Assembly (NCBI GenBank): GCA_910578245.1
Contig: CAJTPC010000003.1
Coordinates: forward strand, 5,259 to 69,258
Length of the DNA: 64,000 bases
Source of the DNA: an uncultured Christensenella sp.
Lineage (GTDB): Bacteria > Bacillota > Clostridia > Christensenellales > UBA3700
Reading direction: 5' to 3'
The notes under the pieces are model-generated. The model saw only the letters and a program-made list of their open reading frames with translations, ran no database searches and was not told the origin of the DNA. The first letter of the stretch is position 1. The number at the start of each line of letters is the position of its first letter. Both the position numbers and the translations under genes were made by a program. This document shows, piece by piece, positions 6,953-15,844 of this stretch.

Positions 6953-9766
6953 ATGGGAAAGAAATTTACGTTAAGATGTGGCGACGGCGCATTTGATAAG
7001 GATGTTCAACGCTCCAAGATAGCGGGAGAAGTCCGCCCATTTGACGCAAAAATGGCGACTTTGACTAAGTGCGCTGAAGAGCTTGACAGATACGACGATT
7101 TTGCCGAGCTTAAAATCAAGCCAGACGTTTATAAAAATCAAGGCGGTAAGTACGGTATTATTCCACTTGCGGATAAAGGCGGTCAGGCTATTCTCAAAGG
7201 ACAGCAGACGGCAGTTACGATTTTTCTTAAAGAATTGAGAGGTTTCGGACTTTTGGCGGACGTAGTAGGTAGCGGTAAGACTTTTGAAGCGTGCGCTATA
7301 CTAAGCGAACTTGCAGTCAGAGGCAAGATGAAGTCGCTCCTTTTAGTCGTACCGTCGCAGGTATACGACAGCTGGATAAACGTACTCGAAAATCTTTTCG
7401 GACTTGGAGAAGGCGTGCTTTTGCAAGTTGAAGATCCGCACTTTGATGAATGCGAGGAAGTTCTTGACGGATACGTAAGACGTCCTAAAAGACCTGTTAT
7501 CGTCAAGACGGAAGACTTTGTAAAGTGGAATGAAAATCAAATAAAAGACGTACTTTTCGACGTGGTAGTCGTAGACGAGGCGCATCACCTTTGCACGGAA
7601 GAGGGCGAATACGCTAAGGCAATGAAATTGTTATCAATGCTTATGATGACAAAGAAGAGAGCCAATTCGACCTATTGCGTATTGCTGTCGGCTACGCCGC
7701 ACTCGGGCAACCTCGACAAGATGTTCAGGCTTTGGTACTTCGTGCGTTGTAAGGGCGGTAATCCCGACGACTTCGACGTCAAGGACGATAAGGACCGTAC
7801 TCTCGATTACAAAAAGGAAAAGGAGTACTATAGACTCAACGTTTGCCGTGGCGCAAATACCGTGTCGGAATTTATTACGGCTGTCAAGCAATTTGAAATT
7901 GATAATAATTACACAGCTCCTTTCAATGCCTTCTTGAGAAAAAAGAAAGAACTCGACAAGTGGGATAACTATACTCAAGGCGAAAAGCAAGTCTTGAGAG
8001 AAGAGTTTTTGAATTTGGACGGCAATGAGAATATTCGTCAGGAAGTACTTAAGAGAGTTGCCGGCGCATATCACAACGGCGTATTGAGAACTATAATGAT
8101 ACGCCAGCCAAACGAGCTGAGCAAGTCGAGATTCGTATACAACAACTATTTCTATCCCATAGCGCCAACAGGTAGAATACTAACTACGCAAGGCGTGGAC
8201 GGCAGGACTATCAAAGTCGATTTGAAGGCGCTCAATACCAATAAGGCTGTAGAAGTAGACGGAGCGTTTTATTCGCTTAAGAGCTATGCCGAAGAGTTCT
8301 CAAAGAATGACAACGCTCAAGAGGCGTACGCAGAATTGGTAGTGTCCAAAATACTCGGTAAAATCGGGTCATTCAACGATCCGAGCATGTTTGATAAGAA
8401 AGACAGCCAAAAGTATTATTGGGAGCAGTTTGAGCGTAAAATAGCGTCGGAGAGCAACGATAGTTTTTGGCTTATGCCGGCGACTAACGACAGCTTTGAT
8501 TACAAACTCAAGCAGGCAAAGAAGATTCTTGACGAACACGCAGGCGAGAGAGCGTTGATATTTTTCGATTATGATTTGCCAAAGACTAGCAAGGGCTACC
8601 GTCAATGGAATAAGGTTATAGACGCGCTCCAAGCCGAGGAAAAGTTTAAGAACAGAATTATCGTAGGAACGGCGGAGAATAAGGACAAGAACGTCAAGAA
8701 GTTCTTGCAAAAAGAAGACGCTATTTTGATAGTCACCGATTCGGCGTTTACCGAGGGCGTCAATTTGCAGGACAGCAGAATTATAATCAATTTCCAAGTT
8801 ACTCCCGATCCGCTTGCTATGGACCAGAGAATCGGACGTGTGTTCCGCCTCGGACAGTCGAGCGACGTCAAGATATATTCCTTTGCGGACATGAACAAAC
8901 TTGAGGGATTTGCGCTTGCGTACTTCAATAGTATAGGACTTCTCACCAGCAACAGCGGTGACGCTACGATTATTGCGGGAAGTAACAACGAGAGAATGGT
9001 AGCATTGCGATGCCCCGCTTGCGGAAAGGTTGCGCTGTACTCGAAGGGCGATTATGAGATTGCAAAGAAAAAAGGCGAAACGTATTGTATCAACGAGCCG
9101 AAACTTTGTTGTCTTGACGACCCAAGAGGCACGCTAATGGAAGAAATCAACGTCTATGAATTCAAGTGTTCAAACTGTTCGACGACTCTCTCGCGTAGCG
9201 TCGGCGAGGGCGGATATAAATGTATATCTAAAAACAACGACGATAGAGGCACTATGTGCAATAGCGGAGCTTCGGGAGATAGGGAGTATTACTGCTCGAA
9301 GATATGCGCTATGCGACACTGCTCTAGGTTTAAGGGCGAGTTCAAAGGCAAGTGTAAGGTACTCAAAGCGTATGAGGAGAATCCCAACGTAGCTACATCG
9401 GACTTGCAGATTATATGCGCAAAGTGTTCCAACAAAGCCGAGTGTCCGCAAAGATGCAGATACGGAGTGGGCAGAGCAAGTATCGAGGCTTGCGCTTCGT
9501 GTAGGAACGCCGAGTGTCATCCTAAGCCGTATACCATATCGTTTGACGATAAGTGGTCGGCTAAATGTCCGATATGCGCGCAGAGGGGCGAAAAGGGAGT
9601 TTTGTATCCCGTAGTAGCTAGGACATTCGCGGCGTATATGAGAGCGTCTTGGGACTTTAAGCACGATGGCGGAGAATCTTTCTGTAACAACTTAATGAAA
9701 GAAGCAAGTAAAGTAGCGGATATAAAAGCTATATTGTCTATGGACAGTATGTCGGAGGGGAGGTAA
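6953..9766 (+). CDS. SNF2-family helicase with a C-terminal Cys-rich (multi zinc-ribbon) domain of about 250 aa
   Basis: Motif I is LLADVVGSGKTFEA (7268-7282 encodes GSGKT). Motif II is VVVDEAHHL (DEAHH at 7574-7588). Motif III is LLSATPHSGN. Motifs V/VI are TEGVNLQ and DQRIGRVFRLGQ. The tail from about 8990 carries at least 9 CxxC-type clusters. ATG 6953 follows a GGAGGA RBS; the ORF track begins at TTG 6935. Confidence 0.85.
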   Translation: MGKKFTLRCGDGAFDKDVQRSKIAGEVRPFDAKMATLTKCAEELDRYDDFAELKIKPDVYKNQGGKYGIIPLADKGGQAILKGQQTAVTIFLKELRGFGLLADVVGSGKTFEACAILSELAVRGKMKSLLLVVPSQVYDSWINVLENLFGLGEGVLLQVEDPHFDECEEVLDGYVRRPKRPVIVKTEDFVKWNENQIKDVLFDVVVVDEAHHLCTEEGEYAKAMKLLSMLMMTKKRANSTYCVLLSATPHSGNLDKMFRLWYFVRCKGGNPDDFDVKDDKDRTLDYKKEKEYYRLNVCRGANTVSEFITAVKQFEIDNNYTAPFNAFLRKKKELDKWDNYTQGEKQVLREEFLNLDGNENIRQEVLKRVAGAYHNGVLRTIMIRQPNELSKSRFVYNNYFYPIAPTGRILTTQGVDGRTIKVDLKALNTNKAVEVDGAFYSLKSYAEEFSKNDNAQEAYAELVVSKILGKIGSFNDPSMFDKKDSQKYYWEQFERKIASESNDSFWLMPATNDSFDYKLKQAKKILDEHAGERALIFFDYDLPKTSKGYRQWNKVIDALQAEEKFKNRIIVGTAENKDKNVKKFLQKEDAILIVTDSAFTEGVNLQDSRIIINFQVTPDPLAMDQRIGRVFRLGQSSDVKIYSFADMNKLEGFALAYFNSIGLLTSNSGDATIIAGSNNERMVALRCPACGKVALYSKGDYEIAKKKGETYCINEPKLCCLDDPRGTLMEEINVYEFKCSNCSTTLSRSVGEGGYKCISKNNDDRGTMCNSGASGDREYYCSKICAMRHCSRFKGEFKGKCKVLKAYEENPNVATSDLQIICAKCSNKAECPQRCRYGVGRASIEACASCRNAECHPKPYTISFDDKWSAKCPICAQRGEKGVLYPVVARTFAAYMRASWDFKHDGGESFCNNLMKEASKVADIKAILSMDSMSEGR

Positions 9767-9767
9767 T

Positions 9768-11417
9768 ATGGCAAGAATACATATAGGAAACGAATATTGC
9801 AAGACCTTTGACAGCATAGTCAAACTATACGAAGAAGGTTGCGTTGAGGACGGCGTTATTACAAAAATCGACGGCGATAGAATTGTCACGCCATCGCATG
9901 AATTCGTCCTATCAAGAGGAAGGTCAAGCAAGACTGGCGCGGAAAGAACGGCTTTGATAAACGAAAACGGCGCGACTTGGTTTGGCGCGTTCAGAGGCGA
10001 AAAATTCAAGAACAACACCGCCGAATGGCTAATGTTCGTAGAAACGATAAAGGAGCATTTCCATCGCAATTACTCCGTACTCGAATACCGTCCGAAGATC
10101 AAAGAAATATCCAAGGAATACGTCAATTCTCAAATAAAGCTGATTGACAACGCCTTGAAGTGTTTTTATGACGACTACGCTTTTGAGATAAAGAGAGCGG
10201 ACGATGAGGAAGGATTAGAGGACGTGTACGGCGCTTCGTTCAGAATGGAAATTACCGACGGTACAGGCGAAGCAGTACCGGTGCTCGGCAAGATATATTT
10301 CCGCAAGAAAGGAACTTCGTTTATCCCATTTAGCAGTAGTGAAGCAGAATTGATAGACGCGCATATCACCAAGAATTTCGACAGTGAAGAAGAAGGAGAG
10401 AATTTCTTGCAAAACAGCGCTCAATTGACGGATACTGTGGTCAACGAACTCGATAAACTCGTCAATTCAAGTAAGAACGACTTATCGTCAAATCTAGTGT
10501 TTACCGACCCTGCCGATAAAGAAGCAGTAGAACTTATGGTAGAAAAAGGACCTAACGATAACGTTGAATTGACTTGTTTAAGCCTTTCGCTACTCAATAT
10601 CTTCCACTTCAAGTGGCGAAGCGACATATACAACATTTTGCTAGAAGACAAGATTGTTCTTAAAGCAAGCGTGGGACTTGGCGGAAGATTGACTGTTTCG
10701 TGCAATTCATGCGCAGAAAAAACTACGCTTATAGAAGCCGGTAAAATCACTTTGAATTTCAAAGGAGCGCGCAGGAGCGTTACGATAGACCCAAAACTTG
10801 AGGATCTCAATTTGACGGCCTCGGCTATCGAAACGGCTAAAGAAAATCTTTTCTCAAAGCATTTGAAGAGAATAAGTTGCAATGAGAACGCGCGTTTGGC
10901 AGGTATATGCACCAAATATGTTTGCAGTGGCGATACCGTTACAATATCTTCTAAATCAGGATCAGTCTGCAAGTGCAAGAACTGTCCGCATCCGGAAGTA
11001 ATTTTTAAGTGCGACGACGGAGCGGTGAGATATACCAAAGACTTGGTATTTGTCAGAGACGCTATGACGCTTATGCCTAAGGAGAATACGGTAGAGTGTA
11101 GTTGTTGCGGTAGAACGTTTACTAAAGACAGCGATAAAGCTCAGTATACTTGCGATTTTTGTAAAATTGCGGACAGAGGTCTTGACGCTCTAGACGACAC
11201 CGAGTATCAAAGAGGCAAGACTTTGTATGGTAAGTACAGAGGTATGTTGCCGTTGACTACTAGGATGAAGAGCGCAAAACTGAAAAAATACTGTCAGGAA
11301 GATGAAGACTGCATTATGTTTGTTATAGATAAAGAGGTGTATATCTTCAATAAGGACGAGCAAGGCGAAGGCGGATTCCTAAAAGCGCCAATGCGCAAAA
11401 TCGGAGGTGAAGTATGA
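9768..11417 (+). CDS. hypothetical protein with a Cys-rich (zinc-ribbon-like) C-terminal half
   Basis: The ATG lies 1 nt after the SNF2 stop, with GGGGAGG upstream. Cysteine clusters include SCNSCAEK, CKCKNCPHPEVIFKCDD, ECSCCGRTF and YTCDFCK. No recognised catalytic motif. Confidence 0.7.
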   Translation: MARIHIGNEYCKTFDSIVKLYEEGCVEDGVITKIDGDRIVTPSHEFVLSRGRSSKTGAERTALINENGATWFGAFRGEKFKNNTAEWLMFVETIKEHFHRNYSVLEYRPKIKEISKEYVNSQIKLIDNALKCFYDDYAFEIKRADDEEGLEDVYGASFRMEITDGTGEAVPVLGKIYFRKKGTSFIPFSSSEAELIDAHITKNFDSEEEGENFLQNSAQLTDTVVNELDKLVNSSKNDLSSNLVFTDPADKEAVELMVEKGPNDNVELTCLSLSLLNIFHFKWRSDIYNILLEDKIVLKASVGLGGRLTVSCNSCAEKTTLIEAGKITLNFKGARRSVTIDPKLEDLNLTASAIETAKENLFSKHLKRISCNENARLAGICTKYVCSGDTVTISSKSGSVCKCKNCPHPEVIFKCDDGAVRYTKDLVFVRDAMTLMPKENTVECSCCGRTFTKDSDKAQYTCDFCKIADRGLDALDDTEYQRGKTLYGKYRGMLPLTTRMKSAKLKKYCQEDEDCIMFVIDKEVYIFNKDEQGEGGFLKAPMRKIGGEV

Positions 11418-14400
11418 AAAATATGATGTTTTCTAGCAATGAAAATATTGATTACTCTCAATCTACAAAAAAGACTTTCGGTAGCAGAAAGTTATTCCTA
11501 TTTATTATGGCTGTCTTGGCGACAGTCAGCGATTTTGCGTTGTTGGTAGTATTTGCGATTTCGGGACACGGCGGAATAGCGGTACCGGTGATATTGTTGA
11601 TACTCGACGGCTTGTTCATTGCGGGCGTATGTCTATGTAACTTCAGATTTAAGTATTCCATTGGCGTATGGGTAGCTTATATAATAATTTCCGTCATTAT
11701 TACGGCATTTTTGGCATTGCTAGATACAAAAGCAACGTATATGACGACTACGGCAAAATATCTTAACGTGTTCGCGCATATAGTGTTGTATCTCGTCACG
11801 ATTTTTGCAAGCATATATCCGCTGTTTAAGAAGAATATAAAACTAAAGGCAGTTATGATAACTTGCGTAACCGTAGCCGTTGTTTTGGTAGGCGCGTTTG
11901 CCGTATACTTTTCCGCCAACGGTTATTTTGGTCAAGGCTTCTTAGGCGAGAGCAGAGTAGTGGGCTATACGCTTGACGAGGAGAGCGATACTTATATTGC
12001 GTCTTTAGTTAAGTCGGGTAGAAGTAAAAAAGTCGTCATTCCGGCGCAGTTCAACGGCAAAAAGGTGTCGGGCGTGGAGTGCGAGATATTTACGGACAAA
12101 ACTGTGAATTTGGTAGAGATACAGACCGAGGAAAGTATTAGACTGTTAAATCCGCAAATGATAGAGAATATCAATCCCAATATCAAGATAGGTATAGATA
12201 AGAAGTATATCGACGTCTTTAGAGAAAAGGGACTTAAGGAACACGAGAACTACGGCGTAGGCGACGGTATGCTTAATTTTGCCAACGCTTTGTATCCTCT
12301 CAATCTCGCAAGCGATGAGGTATACGTCACCTTTAAGTATCAAGATTATCCTGAGCAAGAGGATATTATACCTACTTGGATAGGAAAGAAGGGACAGACT
12401 TTCAACCTAAATTATGCGAACGTAGATTATTTGCAACACGTCGACGCTCATAATGTGGACGATTTGGTATGGTGCTATTACAATAATGACACGCAAATTT
12501 TGACGGGCGAAATGATAAATCTTACCGGCAATAAAATCAGCGACAGCTTAGACAGCGTCAAAGTCGATTTTGAAAACGTATACAGATTTACAATGGCGGA
12601 CGACAATGACGGAGTATATGAGCCGGCGGATAGTTTTAAGACTACTCTCAGTAACAACGAGTTGTACGCGTATCGTTTCTTTACGATTGGCGGAGCCAGA
12701 GAATTACTTGATGATTTAACCGGTGAATTGATTGAGGATAGAGATAACGGATTTGACTTATCTTGGCAGTTTAGTTTGAAGTACAATTCCAATAGCTGGC
12801 AAAATGAAGATTGGTTTGATTTGGATATTGATAACTTTTTAATCAGTCTTGATGTACTCTCAAGTTATGCAAGCGATGAAATAAATCTAAAACTAAAGCC
12901 GATATGGGAACTTAAAAAACCTACTGATTTGAAAATATCTTACTTCAATAATAAGGTTGACTACGTTTACGGCGATGACGTGCGTATGGACGTAAGCGCA
13001 GAAGCGCCACTCAAGGGTTGTCAACTAAAATATAGTTGGTCGTGGCAAGGCGACGTCTATGGCGATGGAGAAGACAATGCCGATTCGACCGGCTTGACTT
13101 ACAGTATCAACAACGCATTCCCGCAAGAAGGAGTTTTTACGGTATACGTTGCCGTAAGTTATCCGGAAGTGACGGACTTGGAATCGTTTGACACGGTTTG
13201 CGCCCTTTTGCAAGTTGACAAACGTCCTTTGAATATAACTTGGGAAGAGCCTGCCGATATGGTTTACGACAGTTATGAAAAAGTCTTGAAGCATTACGTC
13301 GGCGATAACGAATTGATAAACGGCGACACGTTGGATTACGGTATGACCGAAACAAACGTGAGCAATATCAATGCGGGACGGTATACGGCAAGGCTGTCAT
13401 TGTACGGAATCATTGACGAAATGTATATAATTACTTCAGGCTCAACGTATTCTTATACGATTGCTCCCCGTTCTGTTCAAACTCAATGGACGAGCGTAGA
13501 CTATACTTATGACGGAAATCCGCACAATGCGATTGCTACCGCTCAAGGCATAGATTCGCTCGTGCCAATCAACTTGTCAAGCGCAAAAACCAATGCCGGC
13601 AAGTATACGGCGGTTGCTTCGTCTGCAAGCAGCAATTACGTATTGACAGACAATACCCATGAATTTGAAATCAAGCAAAAAAGCATTACGATAGGAGCTT
13701 GGAGCAGTACTCCTATTACGTACAACGGCTCGGCTCAATATCCGAGAGTCGCTACTATCAACGGACTTGTAGGCAACGAGAGCGTAAACAGCCAGCTTAT
13801 TTATTCGGGATACGCTTCTAATATTGACGCCGGAGAAGGTTACAGCGTAACCGTGACGTTGCCTTCGTCAAGCAACTATAAGTTTGACAGCGCTCAATCT
13901 ACACAGTATAATATAGCAAAGAGAGCGTTGAGCGTACGGCCAATCGTATCTGGCAAGACGTATGACGGATATGCAATCAGTCTTAACTTTACGGCAAGCG
14001 GTCTTGTGGGCGCGCACACCAACGGAAGCCTCGGAACGCCGACGTATAGCGGTAACGGAATGGGCGCGATAGACGTAGGTAGTTATACGGTATCAATATC
14101 GCTTCCTAATAATGACGTGACGAAGAACTACGACATAACGTATGCGAGCGCGTCCTTTACAATAACAAAAAGAGCGTTGAGTATCCGAGCGGTTGCTTCG
14201 AATAAGACCTATGACGGTAAGACAAATACCTTTGACTTTGAAGTAGTCAGCGGTCTTGCAAGCGCGCATACGAAGAATAGCCTCGGAACGCCGACGTACA
14301 GCGGTAACGGAGTAGATGCGGTAGACGCAGGCAGTTATTCTGTATCAGTGTCGCTTCCTAATAATGACGTGACGAAGAACTATAACATATCTTATGCAAG

Positions 14401-14698
14401 CGCCAACTTCACTATTTCGAAGGCTAAAGTAGCTCTTGTATGGAGCAATGTCCTTGTCAGCGACGGAAGAGTGACTGCGCCTAGCGTTGTGACAAGCGGA
14501 CAGGTTTATTCGGGAGATATCAGCGTAGGAAGTTATACGTATAGAGATTCCTCCGGCAGAATAATTAATTCGATACCTGCCGTAAGCGGAACTTATTACG
14601 TTGAAGTTGCGGTTACGAGCGGAAATTACAGCTTTACGAATACCCATATCAACTTTACGGTATCCGTAGGCGAAACTCAAGAAAAGGAGGTAGCGTAA
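11414..14698 (+). CDS. 5-TM membrane-anchored protein with a large extracytoplasmic region of MBG/YDG-type repeats
   Basis: The ATGA start/stop overlaps the upstream gene. Five hydrophobic helices lie within residues 25-170. Repeated modules carry (T/K)Y(D/N)G ... G(K/S)Y(T/S) ... NY signatures (YTYDGNPH, ITYNGSAQ, KTYDG x2), typical of MBG-type adhesin repeats. Confidence 0.75.
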   Translation: MKNMMFSSNENIDYSQSTKKTFGSRKLFLFIMAVLATVSDFALLVVFAISGHGGIAVPVILLILDGLFIAGVCLCNFRFKYSIGVWVAYIIISVIITAFLALLDTKATYMTTTAKYLNVFAHIVLYLVTIFASIYPLFKKNIKLKAVMITCVTVAVVLVGAFAVYFSANGYFGQGFLGESRVVGYTLDEESDTYIASLVKSGRSKKVVIPAQFNGKKVSGVECEIFTDKTVNLVEIQTEESIRLLNPQMIENINPNIKIGIDKKYIDVFREKGLKEHENYGVGDGMLNFANALYPLNLASDEVYVTFKYQDYPEQEDIIPTWIGKKGQTFNLNYANVDYLQHVDAHNVDDLVWCYYNNDTQILTGEMINLTGNKISDSLDSVKVDFENVYRFTMADDNDGVYEPADSFKTTLSNNELYAYRFFTIGGARELLDDLTGELIEDRDNGFDLSWQFSLKYNSNSWQNEDWFDLDIDNFLISLDVLSSYASDEINLKLKPIWELKKPTDLKISYFNNKVDYVYGDDVRMDVSAEAPLKGCQLKYSWSWQGDVYGDGEDNADSTGLTYSINNAFPQEGVFTVYVAVSYPEVTDLESFDTVCALLQVDKRPLNITWEEPADMVYDSYEKVLKHYVGDNELINGDTLDYGMTETNVSNINAGRYTARLSLYGIIDEMYIITSGSTYSYTIAPRSVQTQWTSVDYTYDGNPHNAIATAQGIDSLVPINLSSAKTNAGKYTAVASSASSNYVLTDNTHEFEIKQKSITIGAWSSTPITYNGSAQYPRVATINGLVGNESVNSQLIYSGYASNIDAGEGYSVTVTLPSSSNYKFDSAQSTQYNIAKRALSVRPIVSGKTYDGYAISLNFTASGLVGAHTNGSLGTPTYSGNGMGAIDVGSYTVSISLPNNDVTKNYDITYASASFTITKRALSIRAVASNKTYDGKTNTFDFEVVSGLASAHTKNSLGTPTYSGNGVDAVDAGSYSVSVSLPNNDVTKNYNISYASANFTISKAKVALVWSNVLVSDGRVTAPSVVTSGQVYSGDISVGSYTYRDSSGRIINSIPAVSGTYYVEVAVTSGNYSFTNTHINFTVSVGETQEKEVA
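13919..14419 (+). repeat. two adjacent 83/84-aa coding repeats (about 250 nt each) inside the MBG protein
   Basis: KRALSVRPIVSGKTYDG...SLPNNDVTKNYDITYASASFTIT aligns with KRALSIRAVASNKTYDG...SLPNNDVTKNYNISYASANFTIS. An identical 32-nt block tcgcttcctaataatgacgtgacgaagaacta occurs at 14099 and 14351. Confidence 0.85.
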
Positions 14699-15843
14699 TG
14701 AAGTGCAATAAATGTAATCACGACATTGAGAGACCTTTGGAACTTTACAACGGTAGGTGGTGTTGTCCGAGTTGCAAGAAAGACATCTTCCCCGACGTTG
14801 ATACTGAATTTGTAATTACCGCTCACAATAGAGAATTATTCGTAAGGTCGGAAGAGTATTATTTCAAATGGCTTACGTCCTCCGATGAGAGTAAGAGCGT
14901 AAGATTTAAGTATTTAGATAAGGCGGTCAGTCTTTGCTATGAGTCAGCTTTCGAATACCATCCGTCTGCTCTTATGAGATTGGGATATTATTATGATAGA
15001 GGCTATGCCGATTTTAGCTCGGCTGGAGCGGAAAGATGGAGATCGGCGTATTTCTATTACAAAGCCGTACTCTTCAATACACATAGAGGAATATCTACTC
15101 AAGAGGGAGAAGAGAGATATGCAGACGACCTCACGCAAATCAAATTGCAGTGCGGCAAGTATATGCTTGACTTACTAAAACAAGCTCCTTTAGAGGTGAC
15201 GAATAAAATTTCTTTTGACGGTTATGAGAATCTTGAAAAGTTGACGAGTGAAGTTATAAATAAGATAGTTTCGCTAGGCGGTACAGTTGGGCAATACGAC
15301 GGTCAGAGCGCAACTCGCGAGCAAGACATGTCGGCAATGGCTTACGCATCGCTTAGAGCTTGCGCCGATGAAGAGAGAGCGCCTGTATTCGCTATATTTA
15401 AGTTGAGTAAGTATGAGGCGCAAAAGTTGATATTAGGCTCGTCCGATAGCGATTTTTCCATAGTAGAACGCGTAGGAAGAGATTTGCGTCTTAAGATTGC
15501 AAGCGCGTATGACGACAAGGAGATAGACGGTAAATTCGCCGATTTCAAAAACTCCAATTCGCTCGTCAATTACGTGCAGAACAGATGTCCTGATAAGGGA
15601 ATATACCTATGTTTCTTTAATTGGCTAGGGGGGCATAAATATCTCAAGAAGAGAGATAGAAGCCGTGTTTGTCAATGCTTGGAAGACAACTCTTGCGCGG
15701 GCATCAAGTTGCTTATAAGAGCAGGCAAATACAATTCTTGCGTATTCTACGACGACGACTTTTATAAGTATGACGAGGGACGCAAGGGATTGAGTAAAAA
15801 AGAAGTAGATAAATTTGTCAAAGAAGTTTGCGAGGTGATTTGA
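14698..15843 (+). CDS. N-terminal zinc-ribbon protein with a possible Sel1/TPR-like segment
   Basis: The TAATG start overlaps the upstream stop. MKCNKCNHDIE...WCCPSCKKDIF forms a CxxC-N16-CxxC ribbon. ALMRLGYYYDRGYA...ERWRSAYFYYKAV loosely resembles a Sel1 repeat; this part is tentative. Confidence 0.65.
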   Translation: MKCNKCNHDIERPLELYNGRWCCPSCKKDIFPDVDTEFVITAHNRELFVRSEEYYFKWLTSSDESKSVRFKYLDKAVSLCYESAFEYHPSALMRLGYYYDRGYADFSSAGAERWRSAYFYYKAVLFNTHRGISTQEGEERYADDLTQIKLQCGKYMLDLLKQAPLEVTNKISFDGYENLEKLTSEVINKIVSLGGTVGQYDGQSATREQDMSAMAYASLRACADEERAPVFAIFKLSKYEAQKLILGSSDSDFSIVERVGRDLRLKIASAYDDKEIDGKFADFKNSNSLVNYVQNRCPDKGIYLCFFNWLGGHKYLKKRDRSRVCQCLEDNSCAGIKLLIRAGKYNSCVFYDDDFYKYDEGRKGLSKKEVDKFVKEVCEVI

Positions 15844-15844
15844 G

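Noticed and set aside
9156-9392. 78-aa alternative-frame ORF on the + strand inside the SNF2 Cys-rich tail, and a 79-aa ORF at 15855-16094
   Set aside because: Both are same-strand out-of-frame ORFs wholly inside well-supported genes. They have no RBS and Arg/Ser-rich nonsense-like translations.
10421-11038. 205-aa antisense ORF inside the Cys-rich protein gene. Similar long antisense ORFs occur at 16190-16924, 17542-17982, 9170-9664, 7634-8074 and 8369-8988.
   Set aside because: These are shadow ORFs opposite strongly supported sense genes. They have Ser/Leu-rich low-complexity translations, no RBS and no recognisable motifs.
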